A DNA stretch of 18,951 bases. It comes from Azolla caroliniana (lineage: Eukaryota > Plantae > Polypodiophyta). The stretch lies in NCBI GenBank assembly GCA_043228905.1, contig JBHGNT010000625.1:1-18951 (forward strand). The letters are read 5' to 3'. Under the pieces are notes generated by a model, which searched no databases, was not told the DNA's origin, and saw nothing but the letters and a program-made list of their open reading frames with translations. Each line of letters begins with the position of its first letter. The first letter of the stretch is position 1. The translations under genes and the position numbers were made by a program. Below are positions 1-11,056 of the stretch, piece after piece.

Positions 1-2170
1 AAGAAAGCCTCAACATCGGCAAATGAGCAATTACGTCGATCTACCCATCAGAAGAACCGTGTTGTGCGGTTTGGATACAATGAGTACATGGCACATCACT
101 ATGCGTACATGATCCGTGTAGCGGAAGTGCGTGAGCCAGAGAGCTACGCAGAAGTGGCAAAGGACGCAAATTGGCGTGCCGCAATGGAGGAAGAGATGCG
201 TGCATTGGCGGAAAATAAAACCTAGGACCTGGTTGACGCACCAGAAGGTGTGCAGCTGATTGGATGTAGGTGGGTGTACCAAGGTCAAGTACAACACTGA
301 CGGCTCGGACAACCAATACAAGGCCCGATTAGTAGCGAAAGGCTACGCACAGAAGCACGACGTGGACTATGACGAGACCTTCGCACCTATCGCGAAGATG
401 ACGACTGTTCGCGTTTTGCTCACAGTAGCTGCAACGAAGGGGTGGCACTTACATCAAATGGATGTAAAGAATGCGTTCCTGCAAGGTGAGCTGGAGGAAT
501 AGGTGTACATGGTACAACCCCCCGGATTTCACTCTGGAACGAACACCTCGGCGGTGTGTCGGTTGAAGAAGTCCTGTTAGGGACTAAAGCAAGCCCCACG
601 TGCCTGGAACGCGAAGATCACATAACGATTGCGTCGGATGGGCTTTGCGACGTCAAAATCAGACTCCTCACTTTTCATTCGGAAAGGTCGACTCGGGCTG
701 GTTAGCATTTTACTTTATGTTGATGACTTGGTCATCACCGGCGCCGACCTAGGTGAAATTGACCGCGTGAAGCTCCAGCTTGTGGCATCATTCGACATGA
801 AGGATTTGGGGGACCTTCATTACTTCCTCGGGATCGAAGTGATCCGCACCCCCGAAGTCATACTGATCAGCCAACGACATTACGTGCTAAGTATGCTCTT
901 CAAATTCGGGATGGCTGACTGAAAGTCCGTCTCGATTCCTCTGGATAGAACCGTCAAGCTTCGCCCCGATTCCGGAAAGGTATGCGACCCGACGAGGTTC
1001 TGACAGATAGTCGGAAGCCTTATATACTTGACCATCACCCGACCAGATCTTAGCTACCCGGTCGGGGTGATTAGTTAGTTCATGGCGCGACCTACCGAGG
1101 AGCACCTTCAGTGTGCGCAACGCGTATTGCGGTACGTAAGCGGCACAAAGGACCGGGGGCTACTATATCGGACAGGTACAACCCTACAGTTGGTTGGCTA
1201 CACCGATGCCGACTGGGCCGACAACATCGTTGATCATCGATCCACGTCCGGTTTCGCGTTCTCTCCCGCGATCGCGTGGAGTAGCAAGAAGCAGCTGACA
1301 GTTGCACTGTCGAGCACCGAAGCCGAGTATAGAGGAGTGGTTGTAGCGACATGCGAAGCCATATGGCTGAAACGGCTACTTAAGGATCTGCAGGTGGAGG
1401 TGTTCGATCCGACGACGATATACTGCGACAACCTCAGCAACATCCAGCTAGCAAAGAACCCTGTCTTCCACGCCCGCACTAAGCACATTGAGGTGCACTA
1501 CCATTTCATTCGTGAGCATGTCCTCTCTGGTGAAGTCGAACTTCAATATGTTCTGACGGATCGGTAGACCGCCGACATCTTCACCAAGCCTCTTGGTCTA
1601 GACAAGTTGCGGCAATTCTCGGGTGTGCTTGGGTTGCTTCACCTTGACGTGCCGAACTTGAGGGGGAGAGACATCCTAAATGACCATGGAAGGGGGAGAG
1701 ATGTTTCGGAAGACCGCGACGCCGAGTCAGATGACGAATTCGATTTCGGATTGGCGAAAGAGTCTGAAAGCAGATGTGAGGGCAATAGTCGAAAGAAAGA
1801 GCCGAAGCCAACCAAGCATGGGGGAAACGAAGCCATCAAGGGCGAGAAGACCGAAGACAAGTTGGAGACAACCAACTCGGACGAGAGCGAAGACCGATTG
1901 GAGGAAGCTTAGTCAGTTTGGATGCTTGGTTCAGATACGCCGAATCAATTGAGGGCCAAGCGGAAGAGAAGGCAGCAGAAGAAGCACCAACACCGTGATA
2001 ACAACGGAGCTAAGGAGGGCCGAACAAGCAGACACGCCGACCGGAAGGTTCAAAGCGTGCGGAATCGAACGGGTCGAGGAGCGCGAGTGAGGCGTGAAGC
2101 CAAAAGGAACCGGAGCGTAGATCCAGAAGAACGGACAAAACCTCAAGTTGAGCTTGAGGGGGAGTGTTGA
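1..2170 (+). pseudogene. Copia-1 pol (RT + RNase H) with stops/frameshift and a charged C-terminal extension
   Basis: [43 protein letters not shown] and RTKHIEVHYHF motifs across ORFs 260-502, 629-922 and 1082-1567. ORFs 1607-1912 and 1922-2170 are in the same frame as 1082-1567. Confidence 0.9.
2153..2164 (+). other. Polypurine tract of Copia-1
   Basis: cttGAGGGGGAG immediately precedes the LTR start TGTTGA at 2165. Confidence 0.88.
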
Positions 2171-2538
2171 GAGACAAGCTCAACATTCGGTGTATAATCG
2201 GGTGCGTAAAACCGTGCGCACAATAGGCAGTAGCGGTGCGTAAACCGCGAGGCCGTTGGAAAGATATTCCGTGTAGGAATATATTTTGGGAGTTAGTGTA
2301 GAGCTCAGTTATGAGCATTGAAGTATGTGTCAGTACTTCCGTCAGTCCGTATGGACTTGTATAAAAGTGCTCACTGAGCACATCCTATGTACAAATTGTG
2401 TATTATTTTTGAATTGAGTTTCGTATGCACTCTCTCTCTATGTCTGTCTCTCCCACGTACTGTGTATATTCAAGCTCACCATTAAACCTGCGTTTTTGTG
2501 TTTGGTTTTCTATTGCTTCCGCACACTATTCTTTTACA
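2165..2538 (+). repeat. Copia-1 3' LTR (374 bp)
   Basis: Starts TGTTG after the PPT, has TATAAAA near 2360, and ends ATTCTTTTACA exactly where homology to 7883-8058 begins. The end resembles the Copia-4 LTR end ATTCTTTACA. Confidence 0.85.
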
Positions 2539-2717
2539 GAGCACCTCCGCGTGGATGCCCGGTGTCACCACTTGAGGGAATCCGGACAGTCTTCTGTCCT
2601 CCGGGATGTCCCTCATTATCATCTCGCCCCCATAGGCCTCCAAATAACTTGTTCTGTTCTTCCCTCCGAACTGGCCTATCGTGCAGACTATGGACTCGAT
2701 GGCTCTATGATCGCGGG
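2539..2717 (-). pseudogene. Duplicated fragment of gypsy-A gag-like ORF
   Basis: About 91-92% identical to 7883-8058. Encodes AIESIVCTIG.F.GKN.TSYLEAYG.EMIMRD.PEDRRLSGFP. Confidence 0.88.
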
Positions 2718-3276
2718 TGAGGAGAAATTGCACAGAATATTGCTCGGCCACAACCGAGTAGTAAATCACTTCTATAAGAATCAAACACAGAAATGGGAAG
2801 TGAAGAGTACATAAGAAAATGACACTGGATGTTTACGTGGAAAACCCTAATAGGGAAAAACCACGGGAGCCCATAAAATTCAAACTATCACTATGAAGAG
2901 ATGGGGGTACAATCAAAGACTCGGAGGCAACGACCTCGAGCTCTGTTTCTTCTCACAGTGACGGTTACAACAGAATATCGCTTTGTATGTCTCTCTCTCT
3001 CTCCCTCTCACTCTCTGTACAACAGTTACAACAATATGACAACAACACACTCACACACAACTAAAGTGATTGCCCTAAGTCGAATTTATAGTTATATGAA
3101 CTTAGGGCTATTTACAAATATAGTCTCAATGGGCTTATTCAAGACATATTTATAAATCTGTCTTCTCTTCTGGTTCTCACCGGGTCCACCGATCCGGTTT
3201 CCGGATCTCTTCTGGTTCTCACTAGGTTCTCTTTATTCATCACTGGATCTCATCCGGAGAGACCGATTTCCCAACA
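2718..3276 (-). repeat. Copia-2 3' LTR (559 bp)
   Basis: TG...CA ends. Direct repeat of 7322-7836 at about 93-94% identity, with about 42 extra bp near 3215-3257. Confidence 0.92.
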
Positions 3277-3277
3277 A

Positions 3278-3288
3278 TCTCCCCCTTC
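3278..3288 (-). other. Polypurine tract of Copia-2
   Basis: Minus strand reads GAAGGGGGAGA-t-TGTTGGG (LTR start). Confidence 0.88.
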
Positions 3289-6200
3289 ACTCCGGTATGG
3301 GATGTCTTGTATGTCCGATCATCTTCCGGCATATGTCTAGCTTGTCGGGTGTCAATACCTTGGTTAACATATCCGACCTGTTCTCCTCTGTGTGGATCTT
3401 CGTCAGCACGAACTCTCGACCTTCAACTCACTCCCCGATCTAGTGGTACTTGCGCTGGATTTGCTTTGTTCTAGACTAGTATGCCGCGTTCTTTGCATGG
3501 TGGATGGCACTTTGATTGTCGTAGTAGAGCTGATATTCCTCTTGCCAGATCCCTAGCTCTCTAATGAAGTCCTTCATCCATAATATTTCCTTGGCGGCTT
3601 CCACGGCTGCCATGTACTCCGCCTCCGTACTTGACAACGCAACCGTCTTCTGCAACCTCGACTGCTACGAGACGGCTCCCCGTGCATAGGTCATGACATA
3701 TCCGGAAGTTGACCGACTGGTGTCCACATCAGCCGACATATCCGAATCGGTAAAGCTTTCCATGAGGGGTTTACCTAAGCTGAATCAGAGGCACATACTC
3801 GAAGTGCCCTTCAAGTACCAAAGTATCCATTTTACCGCATTCCAGTGCTCTTTTCCGGGGTTGGTCATGAACCGACTCACCACTCAAACTGTGTATCCAA
3901 TATCCGGTCGAGTACACACCATTGCGTACATCAAGCTCTCGACTGCAGAGGCATATGGAATCTTCATCATCTCCGCCTTCTCTACCTTTGTCTTCGGGCT
4001 TTGCTTATCGGATAATTTGCAGTTTTCCGAGAGTGTCGATCCGACCGGTTTTGCTTCTAACATGTTAAACCGCTGAAGCACCATTGTCACATACTTTTCC
4101 TGTGACAGCTACAATTGCTTCTTCGACCGGTCCTGGAGGATGTGCATCCTCAGTATCTGCCTTTCCGGACCCAAGTCTTTCATTGAGAAGGTCCGGTTAA
4201 GGGCTTTCTTCAGCATTCGTATCTTGACTTGGTCTCGTCCGACAATCAACATGTCGTCCACGTACAGGAGCAATATCAGGAAATCTCCTCCATCAAATTT
4301 CTTCATAAACATGTAGTGATCGGCCTGCGTCTTGTGGTACCCTTGATTGGTCATGAAGGAGTCAAACTTCCGGTACCATTGCCAGGGAGCTTGCTTCAGT
4401 CCGTATAAGCTTTTCTTCAACCGGCACACCAGGTGCTCCTTCCCTTTCTTCTCAAATCCTTCCGGTTGATGCATGTAGATCTCTTCTTCGAGGTTTCCGT
4501 GTAGGAATGCCGTCTTGACGTCCAATTGCTCTTCTTCGAGGTCCATGCTTGCCGATATGCCCAATACCTTCTGGTTGGATGTCATCTTTACTACCGGGGC
4601 AAAGATCTCATCGAAGTCCACTCCTTTCTTCTGCTGGAAACCCTTCACCACGATTCGAGCCTTATACCTTGGTGGATTTCCGGCGTCTCCCGGTTTCAGC
4701 TTGTACACCCACTTGTTCCGAAGGGCCCTGTTTCCTTTCGGAAACTCCACCAATTCGTATGTGTGGTTCTCATGTAGGGAATCCATCTCATCCTGCATTG
4801 CACTCAACCACTTGCGGTTGTGGGTGTCTCCCCTTGCTTCTTCAAAGCTTTCCAGCTCCCCCTCATTTGTTAACAACACATGCTCTGCATCCGGAAATCT
4901 TCGAGGGGCTCTTCTCTCTCGGAGAGGATATCTCTGTCCTTGGTTTTTGGAAACCAGCTCCTCTGTTTGTTCTTCATCCGAATCCGATTCGGGGTCTTGT
5001 CCGGTTCCGGTTTCAGTTTCCTCTTCTTCTTCTTCGGCTGGTTCGGGTTCTGCTTCGAAACTGGCCGGTTCTTCGAGTGCCATCCGGCTCCTTGCCGGGT
5101 AGGTCCTTATCTCCTCTAACCGATCTTTGCCGGTCAACTCGGAGTTCATTATCTTCTTCTTCGACTCCCCGTTGGCAATGGTCTTGTCCTCCATGAAGAT
5201 AATATCTCGACTCCGGAAAACCTTCTTGTCGACCGGGTCCCACACTCGGTAACCGAACTCATCATCGCCGTATCCCAGGAATAAGCAAGGCCAGGACTTT
5301 GGATCCAACTTTGCTCTCCGGTCCTTTGCAACATGCACATAAGCGAGACACCCGAACACCTTTAGATGCCGGTAGGACACTTCCTTACTGGTCCATACTC
5401 TCTGCGGTGTGTCTTCGTCCAAGGGTATTGAGAGTGATCTCTTTATCACATACATCGTTGTCGTCAACGCCTCAGCCCAAAACGTCTTGGGTAACTTGGC
5501 ATGTGCTAGCATGCTCCAGACTCTCTCCATTATAGTCCGGTTCATCCTTCCTCTCGGCCAACCCATTTAGTTCCGGCGTCTTCAGCACAGTGAATTGGAG
5601 CTGGATTCCCTTTGAGCGACAATACTCCTCGAATTGCCCCTGTTATTCTCCTCCGTTATCTACTCGAACTGCCTTTAGCTTCCGGCCGGTTTCCCTTTCC
5701 ACTCTCGCGTGGAGCTCCTTGAAGACATATAACACCTGATCCTTCATCTTCAACGGTGAGACCCACAGCTTCTGGTTGTGGTCATCTATGAACATCATGA
5801 AGTACTGTGATCCAGCATGTGACTTCATGTCTACTTGACACACATTGGTATGCACCAGCTCCAGTGGTGCATTCCATCTCATCGGTGGTCTTGACCAGAA
5901 GGAGGTGTGGTTTTGCTTGCCGGCCAAGCAGTCGGCGCACTTCTCAAGTTGCAAGTTGTCTTCGGCAAGCCTCTTCATCCCCTTCTCCATGTGACACAGT
6001 CTTTTGTGCCACAGCTCACCGACAATGTCAAATGCTACGTTCACTTCTTCTCGGCATATCCGGGCATTCATCAAGTACAATGTGTTGACCTTCCGGGCTT
6101 GAGCCACTATTAAGCTCCCTTTGCAGAACTTCATGACACTGTTCCGGATGCTACCTGTGTAGCCTTCATCATCTAGCCAACCGGCTGATATCAGGTTCAG

Positions 6201-7292
6201 TCAAACCTCTGGAACGTGTCAGACATCCTTCAGCAACAACCTGCATCCGGTTGATGTCATCAACAACACATCTCCTATGCCGATAATTCGGCATGTCCCT
6301 TCATTTCCTATCTGGACATAGCCGTGCTCATCGGCTGTGTAGGATGAGAAGCATTTCCGGTCCGGGATAAGACGTTCCGGAATCGACTACCCACGTTGTC
6401 TCGTCGACGGCAAGGTACAACTCACTCTCCTCGGTGATGAGCATTAGTTCTTCTTCACTTGCCACGATTGTCGTCGTTCTCTTCCGATCCGAACCGTTTT
6501 GGTCCGGTGACTTCTTCGAATCGGTACTGTCGGTTCCCTTGTCTTTCTGGAAATGTTGACAATTCTTCTAGAAGTGCCCCGGCTTGCCGCAATTGAAGCA
6601 AGTGGGCCTCCCCCTTGACTTTGACTGTGTCCCCGACTTTTCCTAGTTTTAGGAACTCCGATTCTTTTGTCTTCCGCATTCCGATTCGGTAAGGAGGGCT
6701 TTGGCGTCGGAGATCACCTCCTTGTCTTTCTGACGCGCCTCCTCATCTAGCAAGCTCGACTTGACTCTTGCTAGGGATAACTGTTTTCCTTCCGGCCTGG
6801 CGTTGCCCAACGTGACAACTAACGTCTCCCAGCTATCCCGGAGGGAACCGAGCAGGAGTAGAGCAAGTACCTCATCAGTGAGAGGTATTTCCAACAAGGT
6901 TGCTTGGTGTATCAGCCCCTAGAAGGCACTCATGTGCTCCGCCATACTAGAGCCGTCTTGGTATCGGAGCCTCACTAGCTTCCGAAATACCAAAACCCGA
7001 TTAACGACATTCTTGTTTTGGAACATGATGCCGATCTTCTCCCAGAGTTCATGGGCCTTGCTCTCTTCATTGAAGTTGTTGTACAAGCTCATGTCGATGA
7101 AGCACCGGATGTATGCCATCGTCTTCATGTGCATCACCTCCCACACCGTGCATTGATCTTATCCGGTCTCTTGTCCCCGAACTGAACCGGCAACCAAAGA
7201 TCTTTAACCACTAGTATGTCCCTCATCTTCTACTTCCACACTGAGTAGTTGGAGCCGGTGAGCTTGAACATGCCGCTATAAGATTCTTCCAT
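3287..7292 (-). pseudogene. Copia-2 gag-pol polyprotein, disrupted
   Basis: ATG at 7292 (MEESYSGMFKLTGSNYSVWK). Gag LALLLLGSL..SWETLV; CFNCGKPGH zinc knuckle near 6560-6605; protease WVVDSG near 6380-6395; ELWHKRLCH; integrase VRVDNGGE and FWAEA; RT YKARIVVKG, QLDVKTAFLHG and LYVDDML; RNase H to about 3300. Many stops and frameshifts. Confidence 0.92.
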
Positions 7293-7306
7293 CCTCTGTG
7301 TTGTTT

Positions 7307-7318
7307 GCTCTGATACCA
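7307..7318 (-). other. Primer binding site, initiator tRNA-Met
   Basis: Minus strand TGGTATCAGAGC, 3 nt after the 5' LTR end. Confidence 0.95.
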
Positions 7319-7321
7319 GTT

Positions 7322-7836
7322 TGAGGAGAAATTGCACGGAATATCGCTCGGCCACAACTGAGTAGTAAATCACTTCTATAAGAATCAAACACAGAAATGG
7401 GATGTGGAGAGTACACAAGAAAATGACACAAGATGTTTACGTGGAAAACCCTAATAGGGAAAAACCACGGGAGCCCATAGACTCCGAACTATCACTATGA
7501 AGAGAAGGGGGTACAATTAGAGACTCGGAGGCATCGACCTCGAGCTCTGTTTCTTCGCACAATGGCAGTTACAATAGAGTATCGCTTTGTATCTCTCTCT
7601 CTCTCTCCCTCTCACTCTCTGTACAACAGTTACAACAATATGACAACAACACACTCACACACAACTAAAGTGATTGCCCTAAGTCGAATTTATAGTTATA
7701 TGAACTTAGGGCTATTTACAAATATAGCCTCAATGGGCTTATTCAAGACATATTTACAAATATGTCCTCTCTTCCACTTCTCACCAGATCCACCGATCCA
7801 GTTTCCGGATCTCTTCTGGAGAGACCGATTTCCCAA
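7322..7836 (-). repeat. Copia-2 5' LTR (515 bp, terminal TG missing)
   Basis: Repeat of 2718-3276. On the + strand it ends ...CCGATTTCCCAA|GCCG instead of ...CCCAACA. Confidence 0.9.
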
Positions 7837-8134
7837 GCCGCCCTTCAAACTCCTCCCAGGTCTGGCAACCAACCTGCACTTCGAGCACCTCCACGTGGAT
7901 TGCCAGTGTCACCACTCGAGGGAATCCAGACAGTCTTCTGTCCTCCGGGGTGTCCCTCATTATCATCTCGGCCCCATAGGCCTCCAAATAACTTGTTGCG
8001 TTCTTCCCTCTGAACCGGCCTATCGTGCAGACTATGGACTCGATGGCTTTGTTGCGGGTACCTGTGCCCTCACGAGGGCTCACCAGCCGATCGACGACTA
8101 CCGCAATGGCTTCGACATGTTCGGATCCTTTCAT
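7837..8134 (-). pseudogene. Element A gag-like ORF N-terminus, interrupted by Copia-2
   Basis: ATG at 8134, about 24 nt after the PBS. Contains IGRFRGKNATSYLEAY...TWEEFEGRL, resembling retrotransposon capsid N-termini (F.G....YL ... W..F). Confidence 0.7.
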
Positions 8135-8157
8135 CTTCAAGCTCCTTTGCCACCTGT

Positions 8158-8175
8158 TTCATGTCGGGTTCACCA
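8158..8175 (-). other. Primer binding site, tRNA-Trp
   Basis: Minus strand TGGTGAACCCGACaTGAA is a 17/18 match to the complement of the plant cytosolic tRNA-Trp 3' end as recalled (TGGTGAACCCGACGTGAA). It lies 5 nt after the LTR end. Confidence 0.85.
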
Positions 8176-8180
8176 AATTA

Positions 8181-8745
8181 TGTCATGTTGTTGCACGTGC
8201 ATGTAGGAAACTAAGGCAAGACCGTTGGGGCCCTGGACCGAGGAGTGTGCGAAGATAGAAGGAAAAGAGAAAGGAAAGAGAAAGGAACGGTGGACGCCGG
8301 GTACCGACAAGCACAACACTTGCCGGTTCAGACAGGGACTCGGCCACATGCCAAAGATAGACAGAGATTACACTTCGGAAAAATCGATTACAACCAAACA
8401 AAGACTACAACAAGTAATGATATAAAGAAAAACAGAGATCGGTGCTCGGTTCCTAGTCCGACAACACCTCCTCCTCCCAAAACACGATACCCCTCTCAAT
8501 CTTTCTTCCCTCTTTTTATAGGCCACTAAGGGTGGACTGTTACATCCTAGTTACATCACATTTATTCTCTATCCCTTCGGACAGAGATATGGCTTGATTT
8601 GCTGACTTATTAATATGTTTATATTTACATCACGCCGACCTATTCTTAAATAAGGTACATTAACTTAAATTGGGGCGTATCCATGTAAAACTCGTTCTCG
8701 TGCTAGGATTCCCAATTCCTCCTATGGTCGGTTTTCTCCACGACA
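8181..8745 (-). repeat. Element A 5' LTR (565 bp)
   Basis: Minus strand TGTCGTG...CATGACA ends; TATAAAAA at 8513-8520. Shares blocks with the solo LTR 10353-11132: AGAAAACC, TGATGTAAATATA, TATCTCTGTCCGAA, CCTCGGTCCA, GCCTTAGTTTC. Confidence 0.88.
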
Positions 8746-10352
8746 ACGTGCTCATATTTCCTTCTTTCTGACTTCTCTTCCTTGTATACACCTTTAGCTC
8801 CCCCTCAATTAGCTGAGACCCAACACATATAGGTTCCTCTTCTTCTTTTCCTTCTTCTTCCTTATCGCCTATGCTCACTTATTTCTCAGCTGATGTAGGG
8901 ATCAACAAAGGAATTCATCCTAATTTTAGCAACCTCTCAATATTATCTCCTTCCCTCATATTTTCCGTCTCAATTAAGTTACCTCTTGTTTATAATATGG
9001 CTCTAACTCTCTAAAATGCACACCCCTGCTCACAAATAATCTCTTCTCTACTGGACTCCAACAAACATAGCCTTTTTGTGTGGCAGAGTATTCCACAAAT
9101 ACACATTTCACAGCTCTAGGATCAAGTTTTCCTACAGATGGTCTACTGTCCTTTACAAAACAAACATATCCAAACACCTTCAAAGGAAAGATTCTGGAGT
9201 TCTTGCCTTGCAACAACTCACATTGAGACTTCCACTCCAATACTCTAGAAGGCATTCTATTGATCAATGCGGCAGTTGTGAAAACTGCCTGTCTCCACAA
9301 CTGCTTTGGGACATTCATGGAAATCATCATGCTTCTTGTTACCTCTAGAAGATGTCTATTCTTCCTCTCTACTACTCCATTTTATTTTGGTGTATATGGG
9401 CATGTAGTTTGATGTTGTGTTCCTTGATCTGAGAGGTATGCCCTAAATGAGTTTGAATTGCTCTATGAAAATCTTTAAAACAAGAAAATACTTCATTCTT
9501 TTTCCTCATCAAATATAACCAAGTCACACGAGTGAAGCAATCAATGGAAGGGACAAAATATCTATATGCATTAATAGAACTTGTGGAACATGGTCCCTAA
9601 ACATAAGAGTCTATTACATCAAATGCATGGGAACTCCTATGGCCTGAACTAGCATATTCATGAGTTTTTAGGAAGCTTACCAGATTCACATGCATCACAA
9701 ACAAGTTTTGTTCTATCAGTCTTTTCAAAGAGGTGTGGCTACAACCGACTCAAAACGCCATAAGAGGTATGTCCCGTACATTGGTGGTAAAGTATCAACA
9801 ACTCATGATAACTAATTTTAGATCCCCTTACATCTGTTCCCTTTACCATAGATGCTAATGCTGAATCCAACCCTTCATGATCCAAATACCATAGTCCACT
9901 ATGCCATGTGCCAATGCCAAGTCTCCGACATGTCCCTTTCTCTTGGAATATCACCTTGGGAATATCAAAAGAAACAACACATTTTAGTTGGCGTATGATA
10001 GAACTTATGGATAATAGGTTTATTGGGAAAGAAGGATCATGCAACACATTAGACAATGTCACAGAGTCGATACATTTTACTGTATCTATACCCACTACAA
10101 GTTGTGTTCTACCGTCAACAATTTGAATACTCTCTGGCATTGCTATGTGAGTATACGAGGAGAATTCACTAGCATTACCTGTGACATGCCTCGATGCACC
10201 ATAATCAATTATCCATTTTGGTGTAGAGGCAATAGTATTTGTGTTGTTAGTACTTGTGGCCGAATAAGCATAAGTGGCGATGTTACCTCTTGACATGAAT
10301 GAAGTATCATTTACGACTTTTTGCTTCCTCTTAAGTATATCTAAGAGAGCGT

Positions 10353-11010
10353 TGTCATGAAGAAAACCAGCCTTAAGAGGAATCAAGGAATTAAAGGCGT
10401 GAACCCGCCCTTGCTCGAGTGTGTGCGACTTGATACATTGTACCTAACTAGGAATAGAACGGCTGATGTAAATATACTAGGTATGACATATTTATTAGCT
10501 AGGAAATCAACATGTATCTCTGTCCGAAAGGACATAGAATAAAGTTGATGTGTTTTGATGTAATGGCCTCCTCGGCGACCTATAAAAGGGAGGGGAGAAG
10601 AAGAAGAAGGGAGCGTGTTCTGGCGAGGACGAGGTGATGTCAGACTAGGTATCGAGCTCTCTCCTCCTCTATTGTTGCTCTCCACTCTGTTTCTGCGTGG
10701 TTGGCTCTGCTGCGCGTAAGCTCGCGTGCTTCCAGCAAAGGCTCCATCGTGCGTTCTCTGTGTCGTGTGTGTGCGCGTGGGTTCTCTGTGTCGGGTCTAT
10801 TGCCGGCTTTCCGGTTGTAATCTTGCATACATTGAAACCTTGCTAGCTATCGAATTCAAGCTTCTGTTTTCTCTCTCTTGTGTTCTCGTGAGTTCCCTCT
10901 ACCTTGCCCGGTGAGCGTGTATCAGGTTCGGAGACTATACGCGTTCAACTCTTATTCGGCCAGTAACAATGTCAGCAACGAGCAGGCCTAGCCGGCGATA
11001 CGCTCACGTA

Positions 11011-11056
<46 letters not shown>

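Larger units (their letters stand above)
1..2538 (+). mobile_element. Copia-1: Ty1/copia LTR retrotransposon, 3' half (5' part lies outside the window)
   Basis: Copia RT and RNase H motifs in order, followed by a PPT and a TG...CA LTR. The right end abuts gypsy-A gag sequence at 2539. Confidence 0.93.
2718..7836 (-). mobile_element. Copia-2: near full-length decayed Ty1/copia element, Tnt1/Tork-like
   Basis: Two LTRs, PBS-Met, PPT and gag-PR-INT-RT-RH order. The lineage call rests on motif similarity only. No short TSD was found. Confidence 0.93.
7837..8745 (-). mobile_element. Gypsy-like element A, 5' end (LTR, PBS-Trp, gag N-terminus)
   Basis: LTR, PBS and ORF are contiguous. The gypsy assignment is inferred from the gag-like ORF, because no pol is present in the window. 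Confidence 0.75.

Noticed and set aside
4515-5196. Long plus-strand ORFs (195 aa and 215 aa), and 3693-4076
   Set aside because: Antisense shadows of Copia-2 pol with no recognisable motifs.
7837-7843. 5-bp TSD for Copia-2
   Set aside because: The left flank GCGGG does not match GCCGC or CGCCC on the right.
7562-8206. 214-aa plus-strand ORF
   Set aside because: Chance read-through across the Copia-2 LTR and antisense element-A gag junction.
9739-10386. ORF start MIPLKAGFLHD as a separate protease gene
   Set aside because: These residues come from the inserted solo LTR; the true frame continues from Copia-3 gag at 11133.
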